From contig CAWBOS010000012.1 in the NCBI GenBank assembly GCA_963790475.1, forward strand, positions 64,001 to 128,000: a stretch of DNA of 64,000 bases, given 5' to 3'. Source of the DNA: an uncultured delta proteobacterium (GTDB lineage Bacteria > Desulfobacterota > RBG-13-43-22). The notes beneath the pieces are model-generated. The model was given only the letters and a program-made list of their open reading frames with translations. It ran no database searches and was not told the origin of the DNA. How positions within the stretch are numbered: the stretch's first letter is position 1; every line of letters starts with the position of its first letter. This document shows positions 1 through 9,817 of this stretch, piece by piece. The translations under genes were made by a program, and so were the position numbers.

Positions 1-1188
1 TAACAGTCCAAAACGCCATTGTTGCCTATCGTGCTCTTGGAAATCAAGTAGTGTCTTAATATCCTCGATGCGGCCTCGCTGCAAGTGTCTTTCAAACCTT
101 GTCCTTTCACTTACATCAATGAAAACAACCTTAGTAGAGTTTGGAAATTGGCTCCTAATATATTGTAACTCTTCAATAAGTCTAAAGCCAGTTATAATTG
201 TATTGTTACACAAATCCTTGCCATACAAACCGACAATGTACCTAGCTATTATGTCTGGCCCCTTCGCATGGAAAATCTCTTTTGCCAGGTAAAGCGGAGT
301 AGGCGCTTTTATCCCGTTTTCCTCAGCTATCAGTCGCATGATGTTACTAGCTTCGATGAATCGATATGGGTAGTGAGATGAGACATACTCTCCAAATGTG
401 GTTTTGCCTGCACATAGCTTCCCGACAATCAGGTACAAGGAAACATCCTCTTTAAACAGGCTGAGATTTGTTGTCAGTTTGGGCTGCTTCATAAAGTACG
501 ATCCGCTTAAATTGAGTACTGCCGCAAATTCCTCAAGTCTATCAGTAAGAGAGATTAAAGATTTCACGCGAAAGTCATATTCCAGTGATTCCTCAAAAGA
601 CATTTCACCAAGGCGTTTTTTTGCTCCATTTGGTACGAACCAGCCATTGAAGGAATCAGGCCTAAGCCAAGGATACTGGTCCGACTTATTAAAATTGGGG
701 GGCGTTTCTGCAACATGACCGCTGGTTTCGCCATGGATGAATACAGGTCTTTTCAAATTGGGCACATGTAAGGCAATATCCGAGTACACAGTAGCGGTTC
801 GATCGTTCCCATGCTGCCGTAACACGGCATCGATTTCCTTGAAGCTGGTCCTTGCAAACCACTCCTTAATTTTTAGGCCAGGTACAATCTCGTCGGCCGA
901 ACATAATGCATCAATCTTGACAGAAGTATCCTCAACAAAGAACATCGAGTTAACCCCTAACCGATATTTGATCTCGTCGATGGCGCGGGATAAGAGTTGT
1001 TCTTGGCCCAGGTTATAGTCCTCATGATAAGGATCTTGTGAGCTCTTAAAATGCCGCAATATAAGGCCAACCTTTTGGAAGATCAACCGCGCTTGAATGA
1101 ATTTATCGATACTTGATGTATAGAATCCTATCCCAAGTCGCTTAGGGGAGTTGATGAATAATTCTCTAATCTTAGGTTTAGACATCAT
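1..1188 (-). CDS. HAM1/ITPase-like domain fused to a P-loop NMP-kinase domain; 3' end lies outside the window
   Basis: Hand translation from ATG 1188 is open to base 1 (396 codons). HAM1-fold motifs: FYTSSIDK, FFVEDTS, PGL, GETSG, LGEMS. Kinase part: Walker A GKLCAGKTT, ITGFR..EE, RFERHLQRGR. ATGA overlap with the upstream stop. Confidence 0.85.
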   Translation of the reverse strand, partial: MMSKPKIRELFINSPKRLGIGFYTSSIDKFIQARLIFQKVGLILRHFKSSQDPYHEDYNLGQEQLLSRAIDEIKYRLGVNSMFFVEDTSVKIDALCSADEIVPGLKIKEWFARTSFKEIDAVLRQHGNDRTATVYSDIALHVPNLKRPVFIHGETSGHVAETPPNFNKSDQYPWLRPDSFNGWFVPNGAKKRLGEMSFEESLEYDFRVKSLISLTDRLEEFAAVLNLSGSYFMKQPKLTTNLSLFKEDVSLYLIVGKLCAGKTTFGEYVSSHYPYRFIEASNIMRLIAEENGIKAPTPLYLAKEIFHAKGPDIIARYIVGLYGKDLCNNTIITGFRLIEELQYIRSQFPNSTKVVFIDVSERTRFERHLQRGRIEDIKTLLDFQEHDRQQWRFGLL

Positions 1189-2174
1189 AGGTTCTCTTCG
1201 GTTTCATGGCCGGTATTTCGACCCTTGCAGACCCCGAGGTATTTGGCTTGAGTGGTCTCTTGTAGCGTCTTGTTAATCTTCTCCATCATAGCTGATGCGT
1301 CGGCTGGAGCTATGGCATAGATGAGAGGGCCCATACTACTCATGCCGGCTGCGACATGATCATGTTTGTTGAGGAGTTCCAGAAGAGATCTCACCTCTTT
1401 GCCTTGACCTTGGAGTTCTCGTTGCTTGAAGCCGGTTGTATGAACATCTACCATCGATTGTTTGAGTAGGCGAAGATCGCCATCCATAAAAGCCGGGATT
1501 ATCCCATGATAAACTGCTGCTAATACTCGAAATACCTCTTCTCCGGGAATAGGTGTATTTTGTTGAAAGAACATGATCTCATCATCACCCGTGTATATGC
1601 GGTTGTCCGATAAATAAAGATGGATCTGCCATTGTTCGGGGAATGGCAATCTAATGCTCACGGGTGGGGTCACGGAAGCTTGCCTGGCAGATGATGGTAC
1701 AAAGCCAATCTCTGTAGACTGGGGGTGCCCTAGGTCAACGATAATCCCCCCTTGAAAGAAGACGTTCACTCCTACACCGGAAGCTCCACCTCTGCGGCAA
1801 AGCTGCTTGATATCGTCTGGCAGCAGGGGGTTCCCAAGTAAAGCATTGCAGGCTGATCCGATGGCTAACAATAAGGCAGTTTTGCTGCCAAAGCCGACGT
1901 GTTGCGGTGGAAGGGCAAGGATGTGAACCGTGAACTTTGTGTGCAAAACAGTCGCGATTCTCTCGATGAGTGCATGCACGTCTGCCTCATCACGCTGATC
2001 GATCTTATCTTGGAGTGTCAGTTCATTAACGATTCCAAGACTAGACTCTACCTCTATCGGTAGTGCATCGAGGGAGAACCCGGCTCCGCCATATCGTCGA
2101 TGTGTGATGCCAGCGACATCGATGAGCGTGAGGTGAATTCTAGGAAAGGCTCTAACTATTACCTTTTGTTTCAT
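1185..2174 (-). CDS. Beta-ribofuranosylaminobenzene 5'-phosphate (RFAP) synthase family protein, GHMP-kinase fold
   Basis: Motifs PRIHLTLID, RRYGGAG, PQHVGFGSKT, RGGASGVG, GGIIVDLGH, FVPSS, GFKQRE, GMSSMGP. Likely start ATG 2174 (MKQKVIV). Confidence 0.85.
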   Translation of the reverse strand: MKQKVIVRAFPRIHLTLIDVAGITHRRYGGAGFSLDALPIEVESSLGIVNELTLQDKIDQRDEADVHALIERIATVLHTKFTVHILALPPQHVGFGSKTALLLAIGSACNALLGNPLLPDDIKQLCRRGGASGVGVNVFFQGGIIVDLGHPQSTEIGFVPSSARQASVTPPVSIRLPFPEQWQIHLYLSDNRIYTGDDEIMFFQQNTPIPGEEVFRVLAAVYHGIIPAFMDGDLRLLKQSMVDVHTTGFKQRELQGQGKEVRSLLELLNKHDHVAAGMSSMGPLIYAIAPADASAMMEKINKTLQETTQAKYLGVCKGRNTGHETEENL

Positions 2175-3000
2175 TGGATTCAAACCACTCAATAGGAACC
2201 GGCCGTGAAAATTCCGGATTGTTCCATATCCCATCGAAGTGATCTAATAGTCGTTTATAAAGGGTCCCTTGTTGATTCAACACAAACGTAGGAAAATTCC
2301 TGCTTACATCCCCGATAAGATACGGTCCCCAAAAGAGATTGTCATCGATACGAAAAATGTTGATCGACGGTAGACAGCGATATAGCTTGATTTCAAAACG
2401 GAAATCTCTATTCCTTAATAATTCGGCGCACCCTCGTATGAAAGAGTGCACATCCCGTCTTATATCACCAAGATCATTGTTCTCTTCCTTGTCGCGTTGA
2501 TCGGCAAAGGAGCATTTTGGACTGGGGAACTCCGGATCGAGGAGTAATATTCGAACATTGGCTCGAGCCGCCCACTTTGCGAAGTCATGATGGTAATCTT
2601 CATTAAAAGCTCGAAGCCCAAACCCCATTATATCGATAGCTTCTGACACATGGTCCAGTCGCGTATCATATTCTGCCTTGATTCGAACGGCCCTGCTCTC
2701 GAACGCTTCGATCAAACCAAACTTACGAATGATTTCCATCCGACGAGACTCATCTTGTGATAGCCAGACGTAGAGGAAAAGGACCCAGCCCGCGATTGCA
2801 GTGGCAATGATGGATCCACCGAGCGAGATAATTATCGTATTGCGGGTCGGGTCCCTTAAAGTACTTCCGGAAATCACCAACAATAGTCCAATTACCAAAA
2901 GCACAAAGTGAAGCGCAAGATATATCCAATGTGTTGCTTTGATTTTCCAGATGGCTCGTCTTATGAATCGTATTATATACATGGCGCTATTTTCTCTCAA
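2152..3000 (-). CDS. Two N-terminal TM helices plus a PLD-like (DUF5919-type) domain without HKD
   Basis: Two hydrophobic helices, then IDIMGFGL, VRILLLDP, FEIKLY..LP, FRIDD.LFWGPY, FDGIW. Start is TTG 3000 (overlapping the MTase stop) or ATG 2982. Confidence 0.65.
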   Translation of the reverse strand: MRENSAMYIIRFIRRAIWKIKATHWIYLALHFVLLVIGLLLVISGSTLRDPTRNTIIISLGGSIIATAIAGWVLFLYVWLSQDESRRMEIIRKFGLIEAFESRAVRIKAEYDTRLDHVSEAIDIMGFGLRAFNEDYHHDFAKWAARANVRILLLDPEFPSPKCSFADQRDKEENNDLGDIRRDVHSFIRGCAELLRNRDFRFEIKLYRCLPSINIFRIDDNLFWGPYLIGDVSRNFPTFVLNQQGTLYKRLLDHFDGIWNNPEFSRPVPIEWFESNETKGNS

Positions 3001-4226
3001 ACCTTCTTGAAAACGACAATAGTCTCCCGCGAAGGTCTCCTGCCATAGATCCCCATCTGTTGAGCGCTATTGCCTCTGTAACGGACAGCGATCATGTTTT
3101 CGCAGGATAAAAATGTTTGTTCACCTATCGTAGCTGTTAGTTCATCGGTGAGGATTGCTTGGCCGCCATACTGAACATTCCCGACGACAAATCCTATTTT
3201 AGCGCCACCTCTGCAGACACGGGAGATTTCTTTCAAGACTAAGAATATATCTTGAAAATATCCCTCAAGCATTGTGGGAACCCTTGGGTCGTGGTCACTT
3301 TTCCGCATTTTCGACAGGGCTCTGGTCAACGGCAATGGTTGAATATAACCCTCAAGCGCAGGCCGTTGGGGATGCGACTCCGGGTGTGAATGAAAACTCT
3401 GATAGCGAAGTTCACGAGTTTGCTCCCAATCAAGAAAGCTGAACATCAACTCAACGCCGAAAACGCGAGTATAGTCATGACGGTTAGGATATGGCGGAGA
3501 GGTTATAACCGCCGAATAAGTGTAGTCATCATCAGGAAGATAACGTGCATCTGATTGTTTGACTTGCCAGAGAGAACGCCGAGGAAAATGAACATCTTTC
3601 AGATCTTCAAACATTCCCTCTATTTTGGCCTTGAGTGTCAGAGGAATTTCCCTGTAGCCTTTTCGATTTTCAACCCAACTCAACCAGCCGCCAGTGGCAA
3701 TAGCGTGGCTGAATTCAGGTAGAATAGACAGAAGCGCAAGACGGAAAAAATCCTTCTCCTTTTCCAAAGCCTTTATCTCGCTTATTTCGTGTGAGATAGT
3801 ATCAAAAGCCCCCAATAAACGACCGGGCAGGGCCTTTTTTACTAATACCGGGTAATCTTTGATTGGGCCGTTCCATGAAGATGGATCGAGTTTCTTTTCC
3901 AATGCACGCCATGAACGCCTTAAGAGTGTTTCGTCATAATTAGCTACCTTTACCTGGGATGTTAGGACAGACAATGGTGAAATGTCATGTCCCGTAGCAG
4001 GAATTCCCTTTTCCTTCGCGGAAAGGATTGTCGTCCCTGCCCCGGCAAATGGATCGAGAATTCGATCCTGTGAGGTCAAGTTCCATTCCTCAATAAGCCC
4101 ATGAACTAAATCACCGGTGAAACTATGAGGAAAAACATACCAGCGGTGTATAGGCTTCGCCTCAAGTGGTTTGGGCGTCACCCATTGCCTCCATTCCAAT
4201 CTCTCTTCTACAGCGTATCTACTCAT
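2997..4226 (-). CDS. Amino-DNA methyltransferase (probably N4-cytosine), alpha motif order
   Basis: SAM-binding DPFAGAGTT near the N terminus and catalytic TSPPY later. Confidence 0.85.
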   Translation of the reverse strand: MSRYAVEERLEWRQWVTPKPLEAKPIHRWYVFPHSFTGDLVHGLIEEWNLTSQDRILDPFAGAGTTILSAKEKGIPATGHDISPLSVLTSQVKVANYDETLLRRSWRALEKKLDPSSWNGPIKDYPVLVKKALPGRLLGAFDTISHEISEIKALEKEKDFFRLALLSILPEFSHAIATGGWLSWVENRKGYREIPLTLKAKIEGMFEDLKDVHFPRRSLWQVKQSDARYLPDDDYTYSAVITSPPYPNRHDYTRVFGVELMFSFLDWEQTRELRYQSFHSHPESHPQRPALEGYIQPLPLTRALSKMRKSDHDPRVPTMLEGYFQDIFLVLKEISRVCRGGAKIGFVVGNVQYGGQAILTDELTATIGEQTFLSCENMIAVRYRGNSAQQMGIYGRRPSRETIVVFKKV

Positions 4227-4719
4227 TTATTTATCATTAAAAGGGTCTAAGTCTGGCGAGTTTCGAATAAAGTAAGAGCACGCCGTAAATCGCCAGAGTT
4301 TGCCGAACGAATTTATGAACCACCTTGTAACGGGGTTTAAAGGGGCCTGCTCTTGACTCTTTCTCCAATTTATTTGAAACAAAGTTGTTATCATAATAAA
4401 AAAGGATGAATACTTACTTATTCGAAAAAGGAATTGTCTGTTCGGCTATCACTTCAACCGGCCATTTGGCCGGACAACTTACTACAACAAGCAAGGAAAT
4501 GTTAACTTCACAAAATACAAAGAAATGAAATAACTTGAAAGGAATCCATCATAACACAAGGTAATAGTAAGAAAATAAAGGGGAAGGGGGGGGAAGTCAA
4601 GATAAAAACAGGTCCGCGGCGTAAAGGACAAGGTTAAAAAGGGGGGGGGAGACATTCGTCGTTTTTCGTTTGGTGTTCGGTGACAAAGCGTTAACACAGG
4701 GACAGAACTTCTAATTATC

Positions 4720-5922
4720 TCACCGCTTCTTGGAAGAACTGTTGAATTTCAACAGAAAAAAAAGAAAAAAAAGGGCCGCCAGCCAGGCCGTAATCGAACC
4801 GTAATAAAAAGTGGCCTGGGGACCCAACCGGTCCCACAGAATCCCGCCGATGAGGCTGGCCGGGAGCAGGGATAGACCCACCAGGGTATTATACAAGCCG
4901 AACCCGGTGGCTTTAAACTCTGCCGGAACCAGGGTGGCCAAAAAGGCCTTCTGCACCCCTTCGGTCATGGCCATAAAGAGGCCATAAGCAATGAACAACA
5001 ACCAGATGTGAAGGGGGTGTCTAGCCCCGGCAAAACCCAGATAGATAAAGCCAAAAAAGATAAAGGCCATGAGGATGATCGGCTTGGGTCCGATGCGGTC
5101 GGAAACGATCCCGGCCGGAAATGAACCCAGGGCATAAACCCCATTAAAAACCAGATAAACCAGAGGAATGATCGCCAGGGGGATGCCCACATTCTGGGCC
5201 CGCAGGATCAGAAAGGCGTCACTCGAATTGCCTATTGAAAATAAGATAACGACCACAATAAAATATTTATAGGACCGGTCAAAACTGGACCAGCCCGGGT
5301 TGGGTTTCAGGGCCTGGTCGAGAGCACAGGCCCGGGTTTCCCGGATAAAGAAAATAATAGTCAGGACGGCGAGAATTCCGGGAATCATGGAAAGCCAAAA
5401 GACCAAACGATACTGTCCCTGGAAATAAGCCAACAGACCGAAGGCCACGGCCGGTCCGGCAACGGCCCCCAAGGTATCCATCCCTCGATGGAAACCGAAA
5501 GAACGCCCCAAGCGTTCCTCCTCACAGGACTCGGCGATCAAGGCATCTCTAGGGGCATTTCGAATTCCCTTTCCGAATCGATCCACAAAGCGCGAGGCCA
5601 GTACCTGACCCCAATTAGGGGCCGTGGCTATTAAAGGACGGCTCAAGGTTGAAATCCCATATCCGATAGCCATAAGCCATTTGCGATGACCCAGGCGATC
5701 CGAAAGCCAGCCGGAAAAAACCTTCAACAGGCTGGCCGTGCTCTCGGCAATGCCTTCAATTAAACCGATGACTGATTTCGGGACCCCAAGTACGGAAGAC
5801 AGGAACAAGGGTACCAGGGGATACACCATCTCCGAGCTGAAATCCATGAAAAAACTGACTACCCCGGAAAAAAAGATGTTGCGGTTCAGTCCGCAGATTT
5901 TGTCAGAAGAATTTTCTTCCAT
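4720..5922 (-). CDS. MFS transporter
   Basis: About 12 TM segments; motif A GWLSDRLGHRK and GIVSDRIGPK. ATG 5922 overlaps the upstream TAA. Confidence 0.9.
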   Translation of the reverse strand: MEENSSDKICGLNRNIFFSGVVSFFMDFSSEMVYPLVPLFLSSVLGVPKSVIGLIEGIAESTASLLKVFSGWLSDRLGHRKWLMAIGYGISTLSRPLIATAPNWGQVLASRFVDRFGKGIRNAPRDALIAESCEEERLGRSFGFHRGMDTLGAVAGPAVAFGLLAYFQGQYRLVFWLSMIPGILAVLTIIFFIRETRACALDQALKPNPGWSSFDRSYKYFIVVVILFSIGNSSDAFLILRAQNVGIPLAIIPLVYLVFNGVYALGSFPAGIVSDRIGPKPIILMAFIFFGFIYLGFAGARHPLHIWLLFIAYGLFMAMTEGVQKAFLATLVPAEFKATGFGLYNTLVGLSLLPASLIGGILWDRLGPQATFYYGSITAWLAALFFLFFLLKFNSSSKKR

Positions 5923-7221
5923 TATTTTATTTTCACCCAAAGCAAGCGGGCCGTTTCAGAACTGATGTTTTTCCATTCCCAGGGCATTTCCGAAGTCAGA
6001 AAGATCACCTCGCCGGAATGAAGGGTATAAATCTCTTTGGCCAGTTTGACTCGAAGCTCTCCAGACAGCAGATATCCCATCTCTTCACCTTTATGGACAA
6101 AGAAATGGGAAGAAAGGGTTTGAAAAGGAGGAATTTCAATCAAGTAAGGTTCGGCTTTGGTCTCTATATCAACCGGCGTCAGTAATTTGCCCGAAATACT
6201 CCCCTCCGGAAGCTCCGGGAATTTTACAGCTACTGCTTCCTGGGGGGTGAATACAATCCGGCTTTTGTTACCGCTTTTTTCTTGAAAGAAGGAGCTTACT
6301 TCAACTGAGAGGATCTCAGCCATCTTTAATAATCCGGGCAAGGAGGGATAAATCATATTGCTTTCCACCTGGGAGATGGTGCTGGGAGTCACCCCCACCA
6401 GCTGAGCCAGCTCTGTTTGGGACAGGCCTTTTTTCAGACGAAGTTCTTTGACCCGCTGTCCCAGGTCTATCCCCATGCCGATGCGTTTTTCCGCATCAAA
6501 AGAAACGGTCTTGTCTTTTGACCCAATAAGGGTGCGGCTTGTGTAAATTTTCCAGATCCCGCTTTTCGGCTTTAAGAATGGTCAGGGAGGTGGTTCCCCT
6601 TTTAACGGATAGATCAATAGCCACCTGGGCAATCTGGTTGATTTGGGCCCTAAAACGAGTGGTGTGGGCCTTTTTTTCCATGATCCAGTAGGCCACGGTA
6701 TTCAACTCATAAAGACGGGGGCAGGAATGGGAATAAAATTGGAGGGCCTGTTCCTCTCCCCCCCAAAGCTCAGCCATTCCGGTCAGGCTTTCAAAAACCA
6801 GACGAACGTCGCCTTTCATAGGGGCATGAAGACCGTAAAGCTTCTCCACGACGCGGTCCGTTTGCCGTGGATCTTCCACCCGGACAATCGAACAGGACGT
6901 TTCTGATCCCGATGATTCATAAAATTTCAAAAAAACCGGAGAACCGGCCCCTTTCCCAAAGGTGAAGCAGTCCAGGATGGTCAGGAGAGGATTTTCCGAA
7001 AGGGGACCCAACTTTTCCAGGAGATTACGGGGTGAGCGGTCAAAGGTCACATAAATAACCGGCTTGTCTTGGTTCTGGGAGATTTGGATAAAATTCAAAC
7101 AAAACACCGAGGCCAGGCTCCCGGCATCATCATGCCAGACAACATTATCTCCGATATAGAGCCCATCTAATAAAGAGTCCAGTTGGCCGACGCCCGAAGA
7201 AATCCGGATTTTTTCTACCAT
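5922..7221 (-). pseudogene. RecA/KaiC-like ATPase-fold + XRE HTH + cupin regulator, split by one frameshift
   Basis: ORFs 6496-7221 (SSGVGQLDSLLDGL) and 5922-6476 (LSQTELAQ..STISQVE; HKGEE cupin) join in frame if one A is removed from the run at 6516-6519, giving YWVKDKTVSFDAEKRIGMG. Could be a sequencing error. Confidence 0.75.
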
Positions 7222-7275
7222 GGGGATTCCCCTACTCTTTGGCCAAATGGCCGGGAGGAAAATTCGTTGTTATAA

Positions 7276-7941
7276 TTAACTAGTCCTCTTTCGATTATTT
7301 TTTGAAGATTGCATCCGCTGACGAAAAAATTCATAAATCGCCGGCATGATGGAAATAAGAATAATAGCCATGATTACCAGGGTAAAGTTTTTTTTGACCA
7401 TTGGCAGGTTCCCGAAAAAATATCCTCCAAAGATAAAAATAGCGATCCAGGCTATTCCCCCTATGACATTAAAAGAGATGAAGTGCAGGTAAGTCATTTC
7501 CCCTATTCCGGCTACAAAAGGGGCGAAGGTGCGGATAATGGGGATGAAACGGGCGAAGATAATCGTCTTGCCCCCATATTTTTCATAAAATTCATGGGTC
7601 CGCATCAGATATTCCTTTTTAAAAAAGCGGACCTTCTCCTGGTGAAATATTTTTGGCCCTACCAGGTTTCCAACCCAGTAATTGACCGTGTCACCGGCCA
7701 CGGCGGCCAGGCTGAGCAGACCGACCAACCATATCGGATCCAGGGCACCCATTGCGGCAAAGGTCCCGGCGGCAAACAGAAGGGAATCTCCGGGAAGAAT
7801 AGGAGTCACTACCAATCCGGTTTCACAAAAAATGATTACAAATAATATCAGATAAGTCCAAAGGCCGTAATCCCGGATGATGACATTCAAATGCTGATCC
7901 AGATGTAAAAAAAGGTTGATCAGGGAGGTTATCCATTCCAT
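7276..7941 (-). CDS. dedA: DedA family membrane protein
   Basis: [17 protein letters not shown] and [16 protein letters not shown]. Likely start ATG 7941. Confidence 0.92.
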   Translation of the reverse strand: MEWITSLINLFLHLDQHLNVIIRDYGLWTYLILFVIIFCETGLVVTPILPGDSLLFAAGTFAAMGALDPIWLVGLLSLAAVAGDTVNYWVGNLVGPKIFHQEKVRFFKKEYLMRTHEFYEKYGGKTIIFARFIPIIRTFAPFVAGIGEMTYLHFISFNVIGGIAWIAIFIFGGYFFGNLPMVKKNFTLVIMAIILISIMPAIYEFFRQRMQSSKNNRKRTS

Positions 7942-8178
7942 GGGTCCGCGAGGGATTCCTTTCCGCATTAAAATGTTTGGAACATACCATAACCGATCCG
8001 GGTATTGCAAGGTAAGTTCGCCGGTATCATATTGGAACAATATTTTTTGATTCCGATCGACCAGAGTGGTTCAAAAAAATCAAGAAGAACAATTTTGAAA
8101 GAAAGGGATCGACTACACAAAAGCGGCCTGGCCTGGTCCCGTCGACATCGGGAATAGATAGGCCGGAACCTTGATCCA

Positions 8179-9072
8179 TCAAAAAACAATACCCGCCAAA
8201 ACGGCCAACCCGGTCAGAAAATAGATCATACGGACATAAGACCCAAATTGGTCCAGTAGCTGCCAGTCCTCCGTTTTTATGACAATCCGGATGACTTTTA
8301 TCGTAATAGGGGCCGTGACTAAAAAGGTAAGGCCCCAGGTAGAAAGAACTCCATGGATGATAAGCAGGGACAGATTAAGATAAAGAATAAAGAAAAAGAG
8401 AATTAATCCCACCAAAGCGCCCTTTTTCCCAAGCCTGACAGCCAGGGTGTATTTTCCCGCCATCTCATCCGTCTTCATATCGGGCAGGCTCTGGTAAAAT
8501 AAAATCAGGGCGACCATGATCCCTACCGGGATGGAGATCAGAAGCGGCACCCAGTCCGGGTGGCCGGCAATAACCCAGTAGGTGCCTACAACCATTATAG
8601 GGCCCATGTTGATCCCGACGAAGAGTTCCCCAAGGCCGTGATAGCCGTAACGAATGGGCGGAGCTACATAAAAGTAGCTGCTGAATCCGGCGAAGAGGAT
8701 CGGTATTGCCAAAAGGTATAATTTAAATCCAAAGACAATGATCAGGGCGACCACGAGGGCCAGGGCATAGAGGCCGACGATGACCCGATACATGATCCGG
8801 GGGGCGATCTTTCCTTCTTGAATGACCCGTGAACCTCCAATGGCCTCCCCGGAATCCGCTCCCACCAGATGATCGAAATAATCATTGGCCAGGTTGGTTA
8901 TTAAATGAACCATAAAGGAACCGAGTAGCACCAGTAGAAACCGACCGGCCCGTATCTGACCTTGATGCCGGATGGCCAGGACCCATCCGATGAAAAGGGG
9001 AATGAAAGTGGCCACGTAAAAGGGTAAACGGCTGGCCTGGATCCAAGCCCTGACAAGACCTTTATTTTTCAT
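8179..9072 (-). CDS. menA: 1,4-dihydroxy-2-naphthoate prenyltransferase (MenA/UbiA family)
   Basis: NLANDYFD..G.D, Y..PP..Y.GLGE, D..AGK.TLAV.LG. Confidence 0.75.
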   Translation of the reverse strand: MKNKGLVRAWIQASRLPFYVATFIPLFIGWVLAIRHQGQIRAGRFLLVLLGSFMVHLITNLANDYFDHLVGADSGEAIGGSRVIQEGKIAPRIMYRVIVGLYALALVVALIIVFGFKLYLLAIPILFAGFSSYFYVAPPIRYGYHGLGELFVGINMGPIMVVGTYWVIAGHPDWVPLLISIPVGIMVALILFYQSLPDMKTDEMAGKYTLAVRLGKKGALVGLILFFFILYLNLSLLIIHGVLSTWGLTFLVTAPITIKVIRIVIKTEDWQLLDQFGSYVRMIYFLTGLAVLAGIVF

Positions 9073-9160
9073 GGGGAAATATTTCCGAGACCCTGCCGGC
9101 CCGTTCATTTTCAGTGATGATCCTTCCCAATGGATTGGTGAGCCCTATTGGTTTTTCCAT

Positions 9161-9817
9161 TTACAACATGGTAATGTAATCCGCCCGGCACCAGGCATCG
9201 ATGATGTAATAACCCAGCCCCTGGTTGGTGGCTATGGATTCCACGAAAAAAAGCACAGCAACAGCCGTGCCCGTCCCAATACGCAGGGAGGTGAAAATCC
9301 CCGTAAGGCTTATGGGCCAGACGACATGAACATAGAAATCAAACCGACCGGCCCCGAGGGACTTAAGGGAATAGATGATCTCTTTACTGATTTTTCTGGC
9401 ACTGTCCCGGGTGGTGATCAGAAGCTGGGAAAAAACGATCATGGTCAGAAGAACAATCTTCCCCGTGTCCCCGATGCCGAAGAGTACGAAGATAATGGGC
9501 ATGAAAACAATTTTGGGAACAGGATAACCGAGATAGATAAGTGGCGCAAAAAGATTATCTAGTTTTGGATTGCTGCCCAGAATCAGACCAGCCGGAACGG
9601 CCAGGATGAAGGCCAGGGAAAGGCCGATGAGCATTCGCGATACACTGGCTTCTATATGGAGCCAAAAAAACGACTTTCCGATTTCCTTGATTCCCTGCTG
9701 AACCACCAGGAATGGGTCAGGAAGGATATTGCTGCCCCAAACCAGGGACAGGATGTACCAGAAGACGAATAGGAGGACCACTGTGACTGCATAAGTGATA
9801 ATTTTCCGACTTCTCAC
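9161..9817 (-). pseudogene. NitT/TauT ABC transporter permease, C-terminally truncated
   Basis: P.PKIVF.P, SLGAGR, GLGYYI. It stops at DYITML without the last TM helix; a CKWKNQ-stop tail sits in another frame just after. Confidence 0.7.

Noticed and set aside
68-1018. Three plus-strand ORFs (74, 106, 93 aa)
   Set aside because: Antisense shadows of the HAM1-kinase gene on the minus strand.
1-4226. Calling the island Kongming or a methanopterin locus
   Set aside because: No adenosine deaminase, Sir2 or H4MPT genes are visible; only the HAM1 fold is shared with Kongming.
4482-4697. 71 aa ORF and G-tracts at the island border
   Set aside because: Low-complexity promoter-like DNA; no att site, tRNA or integrase found.
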